Below, in pieces: positions 1-13,011 of a DNA stretch of 64,000 nucleotides. The stretch is from Octopus sinensis (taxonomy: Eukaryota). The number at the start of each line of letters is the position of its first letter. Position 1 is the stretch's first letter. A program made the translations under genes and the position numbers. Under the pieces are notes generated by a model, which worked only from the letters and a program-made list of their open reading frames with translations, was not told the origin of the DNA and did no database searches. Location: contig NC_043004.1 in NCBI RefSeq assembly GCF_006345805.1, positions 63,364,001 to 63,428,000 of the forward strand, in the 5' to 3' direction.

Positions 1-1033
1 ATGCCGAAGTACTTCCAAATTCCTACGAGATTAGGAATATCTACATGGCTAAATTTCATTCTACATACTAGCAGGGAATAAAAAGAAAGGTAATTTCATA
101 TTGCCGACACATTCAGAAGTTCACCTTGTAATGGTGATCAGTGGAGGAAACAGGGAAGGGAAAATGTGTGTGACACAAAGAGTGAAAATCTCGAAAATGA
201 TTGAAGAAGGCGAAACAATATTAGTAGGTTGTATTAATAAGCTTGATAAAGAACGTGTTGGAGTCTGAGCCATTATTGCCTCAATACTACTTTTATATAT
301 TATCTATTTGTATAAAGCTAAATATAGTCAATTTCTAAAGAGATGCTCACCGTAATATATATTGTTGCAGCTTCATACAACTTACGAAATACTGCCAAAT
401 ACTTGTTTCCGATTTTCGTATAGAGAATGTGCTGAATGTATGGTCACCGCGATCTGATTCTTCAAAACCACGACATAAATCTGGTGACCACAAGAACCTT
501 CATATGATGTGATCACCATAAAAGAAAAAGCGTGCAATGTTAGCGAAAGAGAAATAGAGCTACATTCAACTTGTAATTTGCATCATTGCGGAATGTTGTG
601 AAATATATCTAGGATATAAAATGTTTTTCAATCAATTATCTGTGAAATCTTGCAATCTGTTACAGAAAAGACATTTTAGAATATAGTATAAAGGATTTTT
701 AAAAAAAACATAACCAAATACCTATCACTGTATAGATAATTAATGAAACCAAAATTCACTGCGGACTACTTCACTTCTAAAATCTATGCTCATTTTTAGA
801 ATAATATTTATACAAAAATATCTACTCTCATATAATTAATACCGATATTTCAGAAACAATTTACAAACTATCAATGATGCTATTAATTGTCCTAAGCCTG
901 GAATTGACAGTCTAAATAAAATTTAGACCTGGATGCTAATAGAAAATTTTATAATTACATAGACAAGTTGAGGTGAAACAATCGATCGACTGTATATTTT
1001 CAATGAACACAGAACCGTTATAATAATACGTAC

Positions 1034-1255
1034 AAGGCGGCGAGCTGGCAGAAAAGTTAGCGCGCTGGGAGAAATGCTTATAAGCATTTCGTCTGCCGTT
1101 GCGTTCTGAGTTCAATTTCCGCAAGATCGACTTTGCCTTCATCCTTTTCGGGTCGATAAAATTAAGTACCAGTTACGCACTGGAGTCGATGTAATCGCCT
1201 TAATCCCTTTGTTCTGTCCTGTTTGTTCCCCGTATGTTTAGCCCTTGTGAGGCAA
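1034..1255 (+). mobile_element. tRNA-derived SINE with CORE-like central domain
   Basis: Head aaggcggcgagctggcagaaaagttagc, then gttctgagttcaatttcc...gactttgccttcatccttttcgggtcgataaaattaagtaccagt (CORE-like block). Same family recurs at 1268, 2376, 3818. Confidence 0.75.
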
Positions 1256-1267
1256 TGAAGAAATAAG

Positions 1268-1470
1268 AAATGTTAGCACCCCGGGTGAAACGCTTAACGT
1301 TATTTCGTCCGTCCTTACGTTCTGAGTTCAAATTCCGCTGAGGTCGACCTTACCTTTATCCTTTCGGGGGTCAATAAATTAAGTACTAGTTGCATCCTGA
1401 GATCGATAAAATCAAATGGCCCTTTGTCCCAAAATTTCGAGCCTTATGCCTAGCGTAGGAAAGAATAATA
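1268..1470 (+). mobile_element. second CORE-like SINE copy, adjacent to the first
   Basis: gttagcaccccgggtgaaacgcttaac...gttctgagttcaaattccgctgaggtcgaccttacctttatcctttcgggggtcaataaattaagtactagt. Confidence 0.7.
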
Positions 1471-2375
1471 ACGTATAATGCATTATCACCAGTCAGTAGC
1501 CCAAAAATTTTATTGTTAACTTATAATGTAAATTAAATTAATACATACGAATAACTTCTTCGTCAGTTGAGTCTGCATTTGCTTTCACGCTCATTTCTCT
1601 TCTGTTAGTCCGGTATTCCCTTAAAAGGTGGGATTCAATATTCCGCCCACAAGAGTGTAACCAGAAATCTCACACGGCTTCTTCTTCTCTTCCATTATTT
1701 CCCATTATACGGTAAACTGCCAGATTTCACGCAATTACAAAAGAAATATTTTATAAAAAATGAATTAGTAACACATGAATGGTTAATGCAACTGAGAGAA
1801 TATTAATGTATTTTGTGATGGTAAGAAACTCTCAAAACAGCTCAAGTTCAGGTATTCACTGAAGAAACACCAATCATTTAAGTGTTTCGGCTCTTAAATT
1901 AATTACATTCTAAGTAGTCTGATACACATCCAGAATGAGGCTATTTAACTTTCACACTTTCGGGGGTAGATAGCATTAGTTTACCGCTGAAGTTGATAAA
2001 TCGTCTTGAATGCTCCTCAAAATTTCAGAACTTATGCTTCTTGAAGAAAAGCTATATTCAGTGTTAACTATCTCTTTCTGATATTGAAATCTCGAATATG
2101 TAGTGAAACCTTAGATTGTACTTATCGTAGTTTACAAGAATACTTCCTATATAAGAATATTACCGCCACATAAGGTGGATTTTTTTCTTCATTTTACATT
2201 TATATTACTCTAAGTATTGTAAGATTACGTCCGTAAAATAGCTTTCTTTTCTATTCCAACTCACACTTATTACTGAATGTTATCCAAGATTATAGTTTAT
2301 AATCCTGATCTGGATGTTAGATTCACAGTACAATGTATTAGATAATTTACTTCTAAACAGAAAATAAAGGTTCTT

Positions 2376-2660
2376 AGTATAATCGGTTTCAAATGTTGGC
2401 ACAAGGCCAGTAAGTTCGCGGGTAAGTCTATGACATTAAACCCAGTGATTAATTGGTATTTATTTTATCGACCCCGAAGGGATGAATGTCAAAGTCAACC
2501 ACGGCGGAATTTGACCTCAGAAATCAAAGACAGAGGAAATGCCTATTTCTTTACTACCCATAAGGTGTTAAACACAGAGAGGAAAAAAACAAGGACAGAC
2601 AAACGGATTAGGTCGATTATATCGACCCCAGAACGTAACTGGTACTTATTTAATCAAAAT
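2376..2660 (-). mobile_element. two CORE-like SINE fragments
   Basis: Reverse complement of the same family: tttatcgaccccgaagggatgaatgtcaaagtcaaccacggcggaatttga and atcgaccccagaacgtaactggtactta. Confidence 0.65.
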
Positions 2661-2922
2661 ATACTGAATAATATTTTTATTTCGAACATTGTCATGGCAT
2701 TGAAAATAAGAAAATAGTGTGCAGTAAAAAGATAAGTATTGTATTCATTCCACATCAAGTACACTCGATAAGTAGAATCATATACTTACCGGTATTTACA
2801 AAATCTTTTGTCATCGCCGTTGGTGATTCCATCCTGTCTGTAAAAATTATACAAATGATACATATTGTTATGCACAGAAATATATAGACACAGCTTGCGT
2901 GCACAGCATTGCACGATACAAT

Positions 2923-2966
<44 letters not shown>

Positions 2967-3099
2967 CATATACATGTAATGGTCACATTACTGATGATTG
3001 TAGTGGTGATGATGGTAGTGAGAACATTTCGAATTATGTAAAGAGAGGAAATGCCATGCTCTTGGTTCCTGATAATTAGAATTTCGATTAATATAAAAA

Positions 3100-3420
3100 T
3101 CAATCCAAATAAATAGTTTGAGTGCTCCATAAAATCCGTAGCAGAAAAATGTGATTTACGTCGAGAGACTCATATTGAGTATTTATGCAATTCTGATGTG
3201 ATTAAACTTTGGGTGTGTAATTTGAAGATGAATTTTGCATCGTAATCAGTCTACGTCTCCACAGCATTCTCTTTTGGAATCACTTACAGTGATTTATAGT
3301 AAGAGCAATATACTGCAGTAGATGATCGATATGCAGCCTTTTGAAATTTGAATGATGAAATTGAAAGTGAAATGCATTGTGTAACATTGTAACAAAATAA
3401 CACAGGGTATGCGGATAATT
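3100..3420 (-). mobile_element. very decayed RTE-like LINE 3' remnant
   Basis: Frameshifted minus-strand translation loosely matches the RTE C-terminal pattern (GxETW...RxILNIxWxDxIT); many stops. Confidence 0.25.
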
Positions 3421-3817
3421 CATCGGAATAAGGTAAATAAGCTAGGTAACGAAAACAAAATGCTAATTAAATTGAAGCAAATACACTGAAGCGATAGACT
3501 TACAATAAAACAATACGAATATCTTGCAAAATAATATATGCAGCTTAACATAGAATGATTTCTGAAGTCTAAGCAAATGTTTCTAAAGAGAAAAAAGTGT
3601 TTATTTCTCCTCTTTCTCACGTGAGATGACATGGATGCGAAATATTAAACAATTCTGGTCCGTATATAGTACTTACACTTCGAAAGAATTGTATAAGGTC
3701 CCTAAATGTTGAGCATGTTGAAGAAATGCCTTCTATGTCGATAATAGTACTAGATTGCTATCAAAGGCCCTCGCAAAAGTATTGGATATAGAATGTCATT
3801 TTTATATATCAACATCT

Positions 3818-4135
3818 AAGGCGGCATGCTGGCAGAATTGTTAGCACTTCAGACAAATTGTTACCCACTCATTCGAAATATCTGGCCTTGTACCAAAATT
3901 TGAAATGATAATTAGATTGAAAGGGAAGATAGTGAGGTGGCAAAATCGTTAGCATGCCGGACGAATTACTTAGAGGTATTTCGTCCGTCTTTACGTTCTA
4001 AATTCTGGCGAGGTCGACTTTGCCTTTCAACCTTTCCGTATCGTCAAATTACGTACCAGTGAAACGCTGGGATCGATGTAATTCATTAATCCACTTCCCC
4101 AACATTTCAGGTCTGTACTAAAGTAGAATGGATTA
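3818..4135 (+). mobile_element. CORE-like SINE fragments
   Basis: aaggcggcatgctggcagaattgttagc head; gaggtcgactttgcctttcaacctttccgtatcgtcaaattacgtaccagt body. Confidence 0.65.
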
Positions 4136-5280
4136 TTCGTTTGACCATGACAAAATACAAGATTAATACTAGATAGAAAAAAGAAAAACCTCGTGATAAA
4201 ATTCTCTCATAACTTTCTAGTGAAGAAGATTTAAATTCCTGATGGTCTGAGAGATTGGATGAAAGAAAAAGACATTTAGCGCATTTACATCACTGATAAG
4301 TAACACCAATAACGAGGAGGGTATCAATATCTATAGCTAATTAAATGCACATTGTAACCTTGATGATGCCATCCTTCTACAATTAGTGCATTTAGGTCAA
4401 CATTATACACTACTGTTCTTTATTTTCATACGAATAAGCTGCCGTTTCAAGGAAGTTTGACTCCTATTTCTTGGTGGTTGTAGATTGTGTACGATAGAAA
4501 CGTGTTTGCTTTGTTTCAGTTATAGATATTTTTTCTGGTTATTCCATTCCAAGATGAGCTTTGATCGAGATAAACTATGAAGAAATATATTCCAGGTTTG
4601 ACCGACTGCTTTTTCTTCATAAGATTCAATTTATAGGAAGTATTTTTTCTAATAACATATGTAACTTGAATAAAATTTGGCTTCCACTTAAAGCTAGAGA
4701 GAAATAATTGAAGTGATGATGATTATAAGGACGATGGTAACTAGATAGAGAAGAAGAATGGCGAAAATGATGATGATGTTATGTGTGGTACACGTGGGGG
4801 TGGTGCAGGCTCTTATGCGATAAATGTGATGTGTTGGTGTTCGTATTACGGAGGAGGATACTTTACCTTGTCTTTGATGAGCAAAACGTAGTTTTACGCC
4901 CATCACCACTATTACGCTGAATATAATTATTACGTTAATTACCACGGCAACGATAGTACGAATTTTTAACGTTTTCCTGCAAAGAAAACATATAGATAAA
5001 ATATTGCATGTATTTAGAAAGGGATGGAAATATTTCAATATATTTGTGATGCAAATGTAAGGCTTTAGTGAGAAAATGAAGGGATCGAAGCTTGACACTC
5101 AAGAAAACCAAATTTCTCTCCATGTAGCATACATAACAGCGTACTAACATTAATCAATAATCCTGATTCTCCTCTCTTTACTTCTCTTTTTCTTTCTTTC
5201 TTTCATTCATTTCTTTTTCTTCCGTCAGATACAGTAGCAACAAAAAGTATTTTTGTGTTTTGTCTTTAAGTTTTTCAACA

Positions 5281-5281
5281 T

Positions 5282-5376
<95 letters not shown>

Positions 5377-5468
5377 TATACATAGATATATACATAAATA
5401 CATATTTATTTATATGCATATATAGAATATATATTCATATATATATATATATATATATAAATATATAC
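5281..5468. repeat. (AT)n microsatellite
   Basis: Directly visible. Confidence 0.95.
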
Positions 5469-5469
5469 A

Positions 5470-6016
5470 TTTTTCTAGTTTATCTCAGGGATGCGGCTAT
5501 GCAGAGGCACCGCCGTTTTGCTACATATTATTACTGAGAACCTCCTCTAATATGTGGCACTTGGTGAAGAATGGAATTTGATATAGCTACCCCCAATTGC
5601 ACCTCTTGCCGTGAGGTAGGTTCATCAGGGACTCTCGACGGGAAGATGTCCAGTTTTGATTTATAAACCCCTACATCAACTTTGTGCAAGTTCCTCAGAC
5701 TCTTTGGGGGAATATTAAAATGCTGTGGGCACTTCAAACCAAGGCTGTTGCAGAGACTGGTCCTGAAGCATGATGGCATTGCTGGGATCTTTGGCAGTAT
5801 GCAGTGTCGTCCCGTTCTGGCATTGTTGTAGCTTCCAATGCCAAACTTTGACCCAATTACTTCCAGGATCTTCCAGATATATATTACTGCATACTTCTCC
5901 CGTCTTCTCTCCAGGGAGTTGAGTCTTAACTGTTTTAACTTTCCCAGTAGCTGAGCTGTTGCAAAGAGATGATCTTCTTTGTGAATCTTCTCTGGATTGC
6001 TTCAAGGTCCGCTGTT
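5470..6016 (-). mobile_element. 5'-truncated LINE 3' end (CR1/L2/I-group type ORF2 C-terminus plus 3' UTR)
   Basis: Minus-strand CNSLGLKCPQHFNIPPKSLRNLH...KSKLDIFPSRVPDEP...SNSILHQV, preceded by a frameshifted LxSLERRR.KYAVIYIWKIL motif; 3' end ggcggtgcctctgcatagccgc. Confidence 0.75.
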
Positions 6017-6019
6017 ATT

Positions 6020-6077
6020 TATATATATATATACTATACATATATATATATGCATATATATGTGTATACATATATAC

Positions 6078-6113
<36 letters not shown>

Positions 6114-6221
6114 TCTCTAGTTTCAGCTCAGAGCTGTGGCCCTGCTGATATATAAATATATACATATATACATATATATATACATACATATATATAGATA
6201 TATATATTACATATATATATA

Positions 6222-6306
<85 letters not shown>

Positions 6307-6310
6307 ACAT
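6020..6310. repeat. (AT)n/(ATAC)n microsatellite interrupted by a 36-bp retroposon 3' tail at 6113-6148
   Basis: Directly visible. Confidence 0.9.
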
Positions 6311-6381
6311 GTACGTAACCAGAGTGAAATGATGCACAAAAAATCTTTAAAAGTAGAACAAACCCGCCTCCAAATTACACA

Positions 6382-7600
6382 TTGGAAATTTTCGAGAAGG
6401 ACTTAATCGACCTTATTAGCATTATCAACATTAGAAAACATAGGACCATTTCAAACACCCACCTGAAGAGTTTAAAAGATTTCTTATATTCACTTAAGAA
6501 CGAAGATAATCTAATTGTACCTGCTGATAAAACTGGGAACTGGTATAAATTGGACTACCACTATTACAAATTACTCATCATGAAGGAACTTAGTAAAATA
6601 TATAAGACTGCATCTGCCGATAACCTAAAGGAAATCAAAAAAAAATAAATAAAGTAATGACCAAAATGGACCTTCTAAACAGGACTGAACCGATTAAGCC
6701 TCAGGTATCTAAAATTAGCATCAAAGACCATAAGAAAAAATTCCCATAAAACGTAGGTGTCAGGTTAATATGTCCGACTAAATCGGATATAGGCAGGCTT
6801 AGAAAAACTATTCTGGACAAGGTGATCTCACGCATCAAACCCCATATTCCACTCTACTTGTGGATTAACACCGACGATGTGCTGGAGTGGTCTAACACAA
6901 TCACTAACGGATCTAATTACTCATTTATACAGTTTGACATAGCTAACTACTACGCTAGTATATCCCCTATCTTACTAAATAAATCCCTTATATATGCCCG
7001 CAGCCTTTCGCTCATAGGTAGAGAAAAGATTGACTTTATTCTCTTAGCTAGAAAAACTATAATAGAATTTGACGGTATACTTTGGACTAGATCCGATACC
7101 CCCGATAACATCGATGTGGCCATGGGCTCGAGCGATTCAGCTCAGGCGACTGACTTGGTCGGGGCCTACCTGCTTAAGAAGCTATTCTCCAAGGTACCGG
7201 ACCTACAGGGGGGTCTATACAGAGATGATGCTCTCTTCATATACCCTACTAATAATAAGAGTACACTAGAAAGAATTAGAAAATGATCAAGCTATTCTTC
7301 AAATCTTGCAATCTAAAACTAGAGTTTATGACTAATACGAAAATAGTTGATTTCTTAGATGTTACATTAGACTTGGACATCCTTCACTACCACTATAGGA
7401 AACCCGAGGAAACCACTAGATATATTAGCACTTCTTCCAACCACCCATCCTGTATAATTAACACCACAGTCCAAGCCGTCTCTGACAGATTAACTAAGTT
7501 ATCCTCTAACAAGAATATATTCAACGATTACGCGCATCACTATAACCAGGCCCTCTCTAGCGCTGAGTACACCCAGAAAATATCTTTCGGCAAAAAATCC
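6382..7600 (+). pseudogene. Penelope-type reverse transcriptase domain, with an in-frame TAA at ~6751 and frameshifts at ~6648 and ~7285
   Basis: ORFs 6382-6648, 6822-7286 and 7283-7906; FDI and YRDD catalytic motifs. Confidence 0.88.
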
Positions 7601-8589
7601 TACGAAGAACCCTCAGGAACACCCGTCAACTATATAACTCTCCCTTATAAACGAACTAAGAGTTCCAAAACTATTCATTTAAAATTAAACGAAATTAGAC
7701 TAAATAGTGGTAATAACAACACAGTTTCAGCTAATACAAATTCTAATTTAATTTCTAACAGGACTAAGAATCAAACGGAAAGAAATCGAACCAATAGAAT
7801 ATTAGTTAATGAAAACCCTTCCGACGAGAGTAACACCGATTACATTAGAGGACATAGGGGTAGAAACAGTAGATTACGTAATTATATGGTATACCATAGC
7901 GGTTAAGGGTAAATTATGCAATAAAATATTCTCAATAATTTCCAATAACTTCCCACCCACCCATAAGTATAGAAGCATCTTCTCAAACAAAACTATTAAG
8001 ATATCCTACCTAACATGAGCTGCCTCATAGCTAAACACAATAATATTAAAATTAGAACAGCTAGATTAGGAACAAATAATAATGATCACTCGAACCCCAA
8101 TAATCCAGGCGTTAGCATTAGTAGCAGCCATACCCATAACATTAACCTTAACCATTGTAATAGTCAATATAATAACAATAATCAGGACAGTAACAGTAAC
8201 ACCAAAACTGCTAGTAACAACACCCATCACAACAACAGAGGCAACGTTATGCCCAGTAACTGTATATCTAACGAAGATAATACTACTACTACGCCTAATA
8301 TGATAGCTCAATCCACATTGAATAATAATCGTGAACTTAATTATACCAATTGTAATAGCTATATAACTAGCATTAATAATAATAACAACACAGAACACAG
8401 TTCCAATATCAGGACTCGAAGCGAGGGAAAGATAGACCAAAACAACTTAAATAACACCAATAGTGATAATAACAGTAACAACGGCAAAAATACTAGCAGA
8501 GCTTCCATCCACCACAATAGCAACCTCCACAGTAACCATACACAAATTACCTGCCCAAGGACTAATAACAGACGTCCGGGTAGTGCAAA

Positions 8590-9007
8590 TTTCGGATGCA
8601 ACTGCGCAAATGCACCACCATGTCCCTTACGCGGAAAATGTTTAGCTAAAAACGTAACTTATTCCTGTCAAGTAAGTACCCAATTAAACGCACTTACCTA
8701 CATTGGTTGCTCATCCGTCTGGAAATCCAGATTCTATAACCACCGGTCATACTTTAAGCTCAGACACAAGGCTAGTAGAAAAATTTGGGAGCTTAAAGAC
8801 GATAATATAGATTTTAGCCTTAGGTGGTCCATTATCGTATCAGCTGCGCCTTATAAAAATAATAGAACAGGGTGCCAACTGTGTTTCGTAGAACTCCTGA
8901 ATATCATTAAATTCAAGGAGAAAAACAAATTAATTAATAAAAGATCTGAATTTAAACCTTCTTGTATGCATAAATTGAATAAAACCTTCAAATATTACAA
9001 GGCTTAG
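8590..9007 (+). pseudogene. GIY-YIG endonuclease domain with Cys-rich motifs (Naiad pattern)
   Basis: C-terminal part of ORF 8015-9007: GCNCANAPPCPLRGKC..NVTY...TYIG..RFYNH...CQLC...NKRSEF..CMH. Confidence 0.85.
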
Positions 9008-9049
9008 ACTCATATACATAACTCTCCAATGTAATATCCTCATATCCTC

Positions 9050-9600
9050 TTACAGCATTGTTAACTCCAGCACTTCTCGATTACTTTTCCCATCTCATTT
9101 TCATCTTCTAACCTTGATTTTGCGTCTATTTCCTTGAATCTTTTACCTTATATTTTTCATCTCCCTCACCTCTCTTTTTTCGCTTACGATTGTTCCTAAT
9201 TTCTCTTTTTCATACCTATGTCTTCCTAACTCCATCATTTCCTTTCTGATTTTTCCTACCTCTCTGGGTTTTTACGTTTACATTCACCTTATTTTCATTT
9301 TTATTTTTATGTTTATTCTCTGTTTACTCTTTCAGCCCGATTTTATTTTCATTAGTATTCTTTTTACCTTCATTTTCGTCTTATCTTCATTTTCTCCTTT
9401 ATTTTTAATTTCTTAATCTTTTTTAATTTCTTAATCTCTAATCCTCTATGTTTTTGTTTAATTTTTTGTTCCCTATTTTTATTTCTGTTTTTATTTTTCT
9501 CTAATTTTGCCGCATCTTTTCCTTTTTTTTCTGCTTTACCCTTACACGTCATTAACTTGCTAATTATTTATTTATAATTTATTTATAATTGTTTATAATC
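9050..9600 (+). repeat. pyrimidine-rich low-complexity tract downstream of the Naiad ORF
   Basis: Long T/C-rich stretch; the minus-strand ORF is a poly-Lys artefact. Confidence 0.7.
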
Positions 9601-10021
9601 GTTACATCACCGTATTCGAGACAGACATTTGGAATATGTGGGTTTTTTGCGTGTGTGCATGAATGAATCTTCGAACGTATAGGTGTGGAGACCGACTTTT
9701 TATTTTACTTCTTACCCTTTATTTCTTGTACCTTTTACACTTTCACAATACATTTCTAGAATGTAATAATTTAGTGTTTTATTTTGAGCACTAAGATGAA
9801 AATATAAGTTAACAAGTTCCAAAATGACGACTCTTAAAGAGCAGAAATTACAAGGGGAACACAGCGAAGTATGTACGATGGGCTGCTGAAAAGTATGTAC
9901 ACACACTCGTGCACATGTGTGTGTATGTGTATATGGGTATATATCTGCATGTGAGTATGTCTATGTGTGTGCGTGTAGCTGTGTGTGTATATATATATAT
10001 ATGTATGGGTTTATATATATA

Positions 10022-10103
<82 letters not shown>

Positions 10104-10104
10104 G

Positions 10105-10452
10105 TAGGTCCCGGGTTGATTCGGGGTTAACCACAGTAAATAAGGTACTCAATACATAGCAGAGTAAAATTAATTTATTATATAGAAGGAGCTTCTACAG
10201 GACTAGAACAGTTTCATTCAAGAGAAATCATCAGGAAGCTTGTTAACAAGAATTGTATTGGCATTTATACATTTAGGCAGGTTTAAAGGCGTGGTGGTGG
10301 GGAACTTTTGGGGGTAGGCATAGAGCAAAAATATCATACTTGGGGGAGTGGTCAAGGAGTCAGTGGTAAATTAGATAAAGGAATAAGTAAAAGTATAAAA
10401 AAATATATAGAAGAATAGAGTTTTAGGTAAATAAGGAGATTCTCACTTATAC
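10105..10452 (-). mobile_element. pLTR-like (Penelope-type) repeat carrying a hammerhead ribozyme
   Basis: Near-identical inverted copy at 14940-15217; contains the hammerhead core near its 3' end. Confidence 0.6.
10190..10240 (-). ncRNA. minimal type I hammerhead ribozyme (stem III has one mismatch)
   Basis: Reverse complement AGCUUC CUGAUGA UUUC-UCUU-GAAU GAA ACUG-UUCUAGUC-CUGU A GAAGCU. Confidence 0.7.
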
Positions 10453-10634
10453 ATATACACATATGTAAATATATACACACACACACATGTATATATACAC
10501 ACACGACCACACATACATATACACACAAAAACATATACATGCACACACATACACATACACACATACACACACATATCCACATACACACATGCACGCACAA
10601 GTCCCTATATGCACATATATACATATATATATAT

Positions 10635-10691
<57 letters not shown>

Positions 10692-11216
10692 TATATATGT
10701 GTACCTATACATACCTACACATACACACATATACATACAAATACAAACCCATTCCCTAATTTTAATTTTATTATCTTCATTTATTACTTTTGTTATCTTT
10801 GACCGCTGGTCACAAGCATCTTGGCTACGACAGCAAGTCCATTTATCTTTCTACTTGAACACAAGCACTCACTCACGCACGCACACTGATTAGCACGCAC
10901 AATCACTCATTCGTACACTCATACACATACACGCACGCACGCGTTATATTCATACATACATGAATCTACATACATTCACATATATACACATACGTACGCG
11001 TACCTACAGATTCATGTCTACACGCTTAGAAGACTAGCCCATACATATACACCAATAAATATATATACACACATACATATACACCTACATACAAATACAT
11101 ACATATATATATATATACGTATATATACTTACATACATACACCCATACATACATACACATATATATACACATACACACACCCGCACATATACATATACAT
11201 ACATATATGCGCATAC

Positions 11217-11247
<31 letters not shown>

Positions 11248-11256
11248 TATATATAT

Positions 11257-11307
<51 letters not shown>

Positions 11308-11784
11308 CACACACATACATGTACATACATACATATACATATATACACACACACATACATACACATATACACATACACACACATACGCATATACATGCGT
11401 ACCCATACACACACACACACACGCGCATCCATATATACACATAAGTACACACATGCGTAAAAGTATACATATATCTATACATATGCTTACACATACACAC
11501 ACACACACGCGCCTCCTTATGTTCATATACTTACATGCATACTCAAAAAATAAATAATAAATATTAAGTATATATACGTGCAGTTACCTATAATACAGAC
11601 GGATGCATACATATAAACTTACACACACATATATATATATATATATATACATACTTACACATATGTACATATACATACACACATACATAACTCTACGTAC
11701 CAACATATACATAAACACACGAGCGTACACGTATATGTTCATATACACATACACATAGACACACATACATACATACATATACAT

Positions 11785-11815
<31 letters not shown>

Positions 11816-11892
11816 ATATATATATATATACATATATATATACATGCATATACATACACACACATACACACATATATATTATATATACACAT

Positions 11893-11923
<31 letters not shown>

Positions 11924-11998
11924 TATGCATACACATACATATACACACATACACACACACATATATATATACACACACATACATATACATACACACAT

Positions 11999-12042
<44 letters not shown>

Positions 12043-12431
12043 GTGTGCATACATACATACATGCTCATACACACACACACACTCACACATACATACATAC
12101 ACACACTTACACACATATATATATACATATATATATACATACATATATATATATATATACATATATATATATGTACATATACACACACATATTCACATAT
12201 ATATACACACACATATACACACATATACACACATATACATATATATATATATACACACACATACACATACACACATATATACATATATACACATACATAT
12301 ACACACATACTCATGCACACACATATATATACATACACATACACATACATATACACATATACATACATATACACATGCACATACGTATAACTCTACATAC
12401 CTACATATACATCGACATACTCACGTACACT

Positions 12432-12463
<32 letters not shown>

Positions 12464-12551
12464 CACGCACATATACATATACATATACATAGATATACAT
12501 ATACACACATATATATACATATATACACACACACACACACATACACATACC

Positions 12552-12605
<54 letters not shown>

Positions 12606-12609
12606 ATAT

Positions 12610-12779
12610 CAACAATAGAGGGTAAAGTTAATTAGTATTAATCAATTTCACCAAGTATTCAGTATGTAGAAGGACCATTATATTTGAGTAAACATTTCTT
12701 AGAGAAATTTCTTTAAGTAGTGGAAATGGCTAAAAAACTTATTTGGCTGCTATTTCTAGAAAGTTCAGTGTGTGGCAAA
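12610..12779. repeat. unclassified ~170-bp repeat, copy 1
   Basis: caacaatagagggtaaagttaattag...aagttcagtgtgtggcaaa; near-identical to 13649-13819. Confidence 0.8.
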
Positions 12780-12978
12780 TTAATTTACACACATATACAT
12801 ATACATACACCACACACACACTCACACATACATATATACACACACTTACACACATATATATATATATATAACATATATATATATATATATATACACATAC
12901 ACACATATATACATATACATATATATATATAAATATATATATATATACACATACATACATACACACATATACATACAC

Positions 12979-13011
<33 letters not shown>

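Larger units (their letters stand above)
6320..9010 (+). mobile_element. Penelope-like retroelement, Naiad-type (RT plus C-terminal GIY-YIG endonuclease), disrupted
   Basis: Consecutive ORF pieces give IKDHK...RLICPTKSDIG, FIQFDIANYY, DVAMGSSDSA..TDLVG, GGLYRDD, VDFLDVTLDL, SNHP, IIWY...FP..HKY..IF...TIKISY, then GCNC...CPLRGKC...VTYSCQV...YIG...RFYNH...IWELK...CQLC...INKRSEF..CMH. Confidence 0.88.

Noticed and set aside
150-700. Possible ancient RTE remnant on the minus strand, or a VWSP motif on the plus strand
   Set aside because: Too decayed; only isolated 3-4 residue matches.
4694-5098. 134-aa hydrophobic minus-strand ORF resembling a membrane protein
   Set aside because: Hydrophobicity comes from degenerate (GAT/AAT)n sequence; no family motif or splice context.
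6320-9010. Selenocysteine (TGA) recoding, reported for some Naiad elements
   Set aside because: The conserved Cys codons are intact. The TGAs at ~7284 and ~8016 are explained by frameshifts, the other stop is TAA, and no SECIS was recognised.
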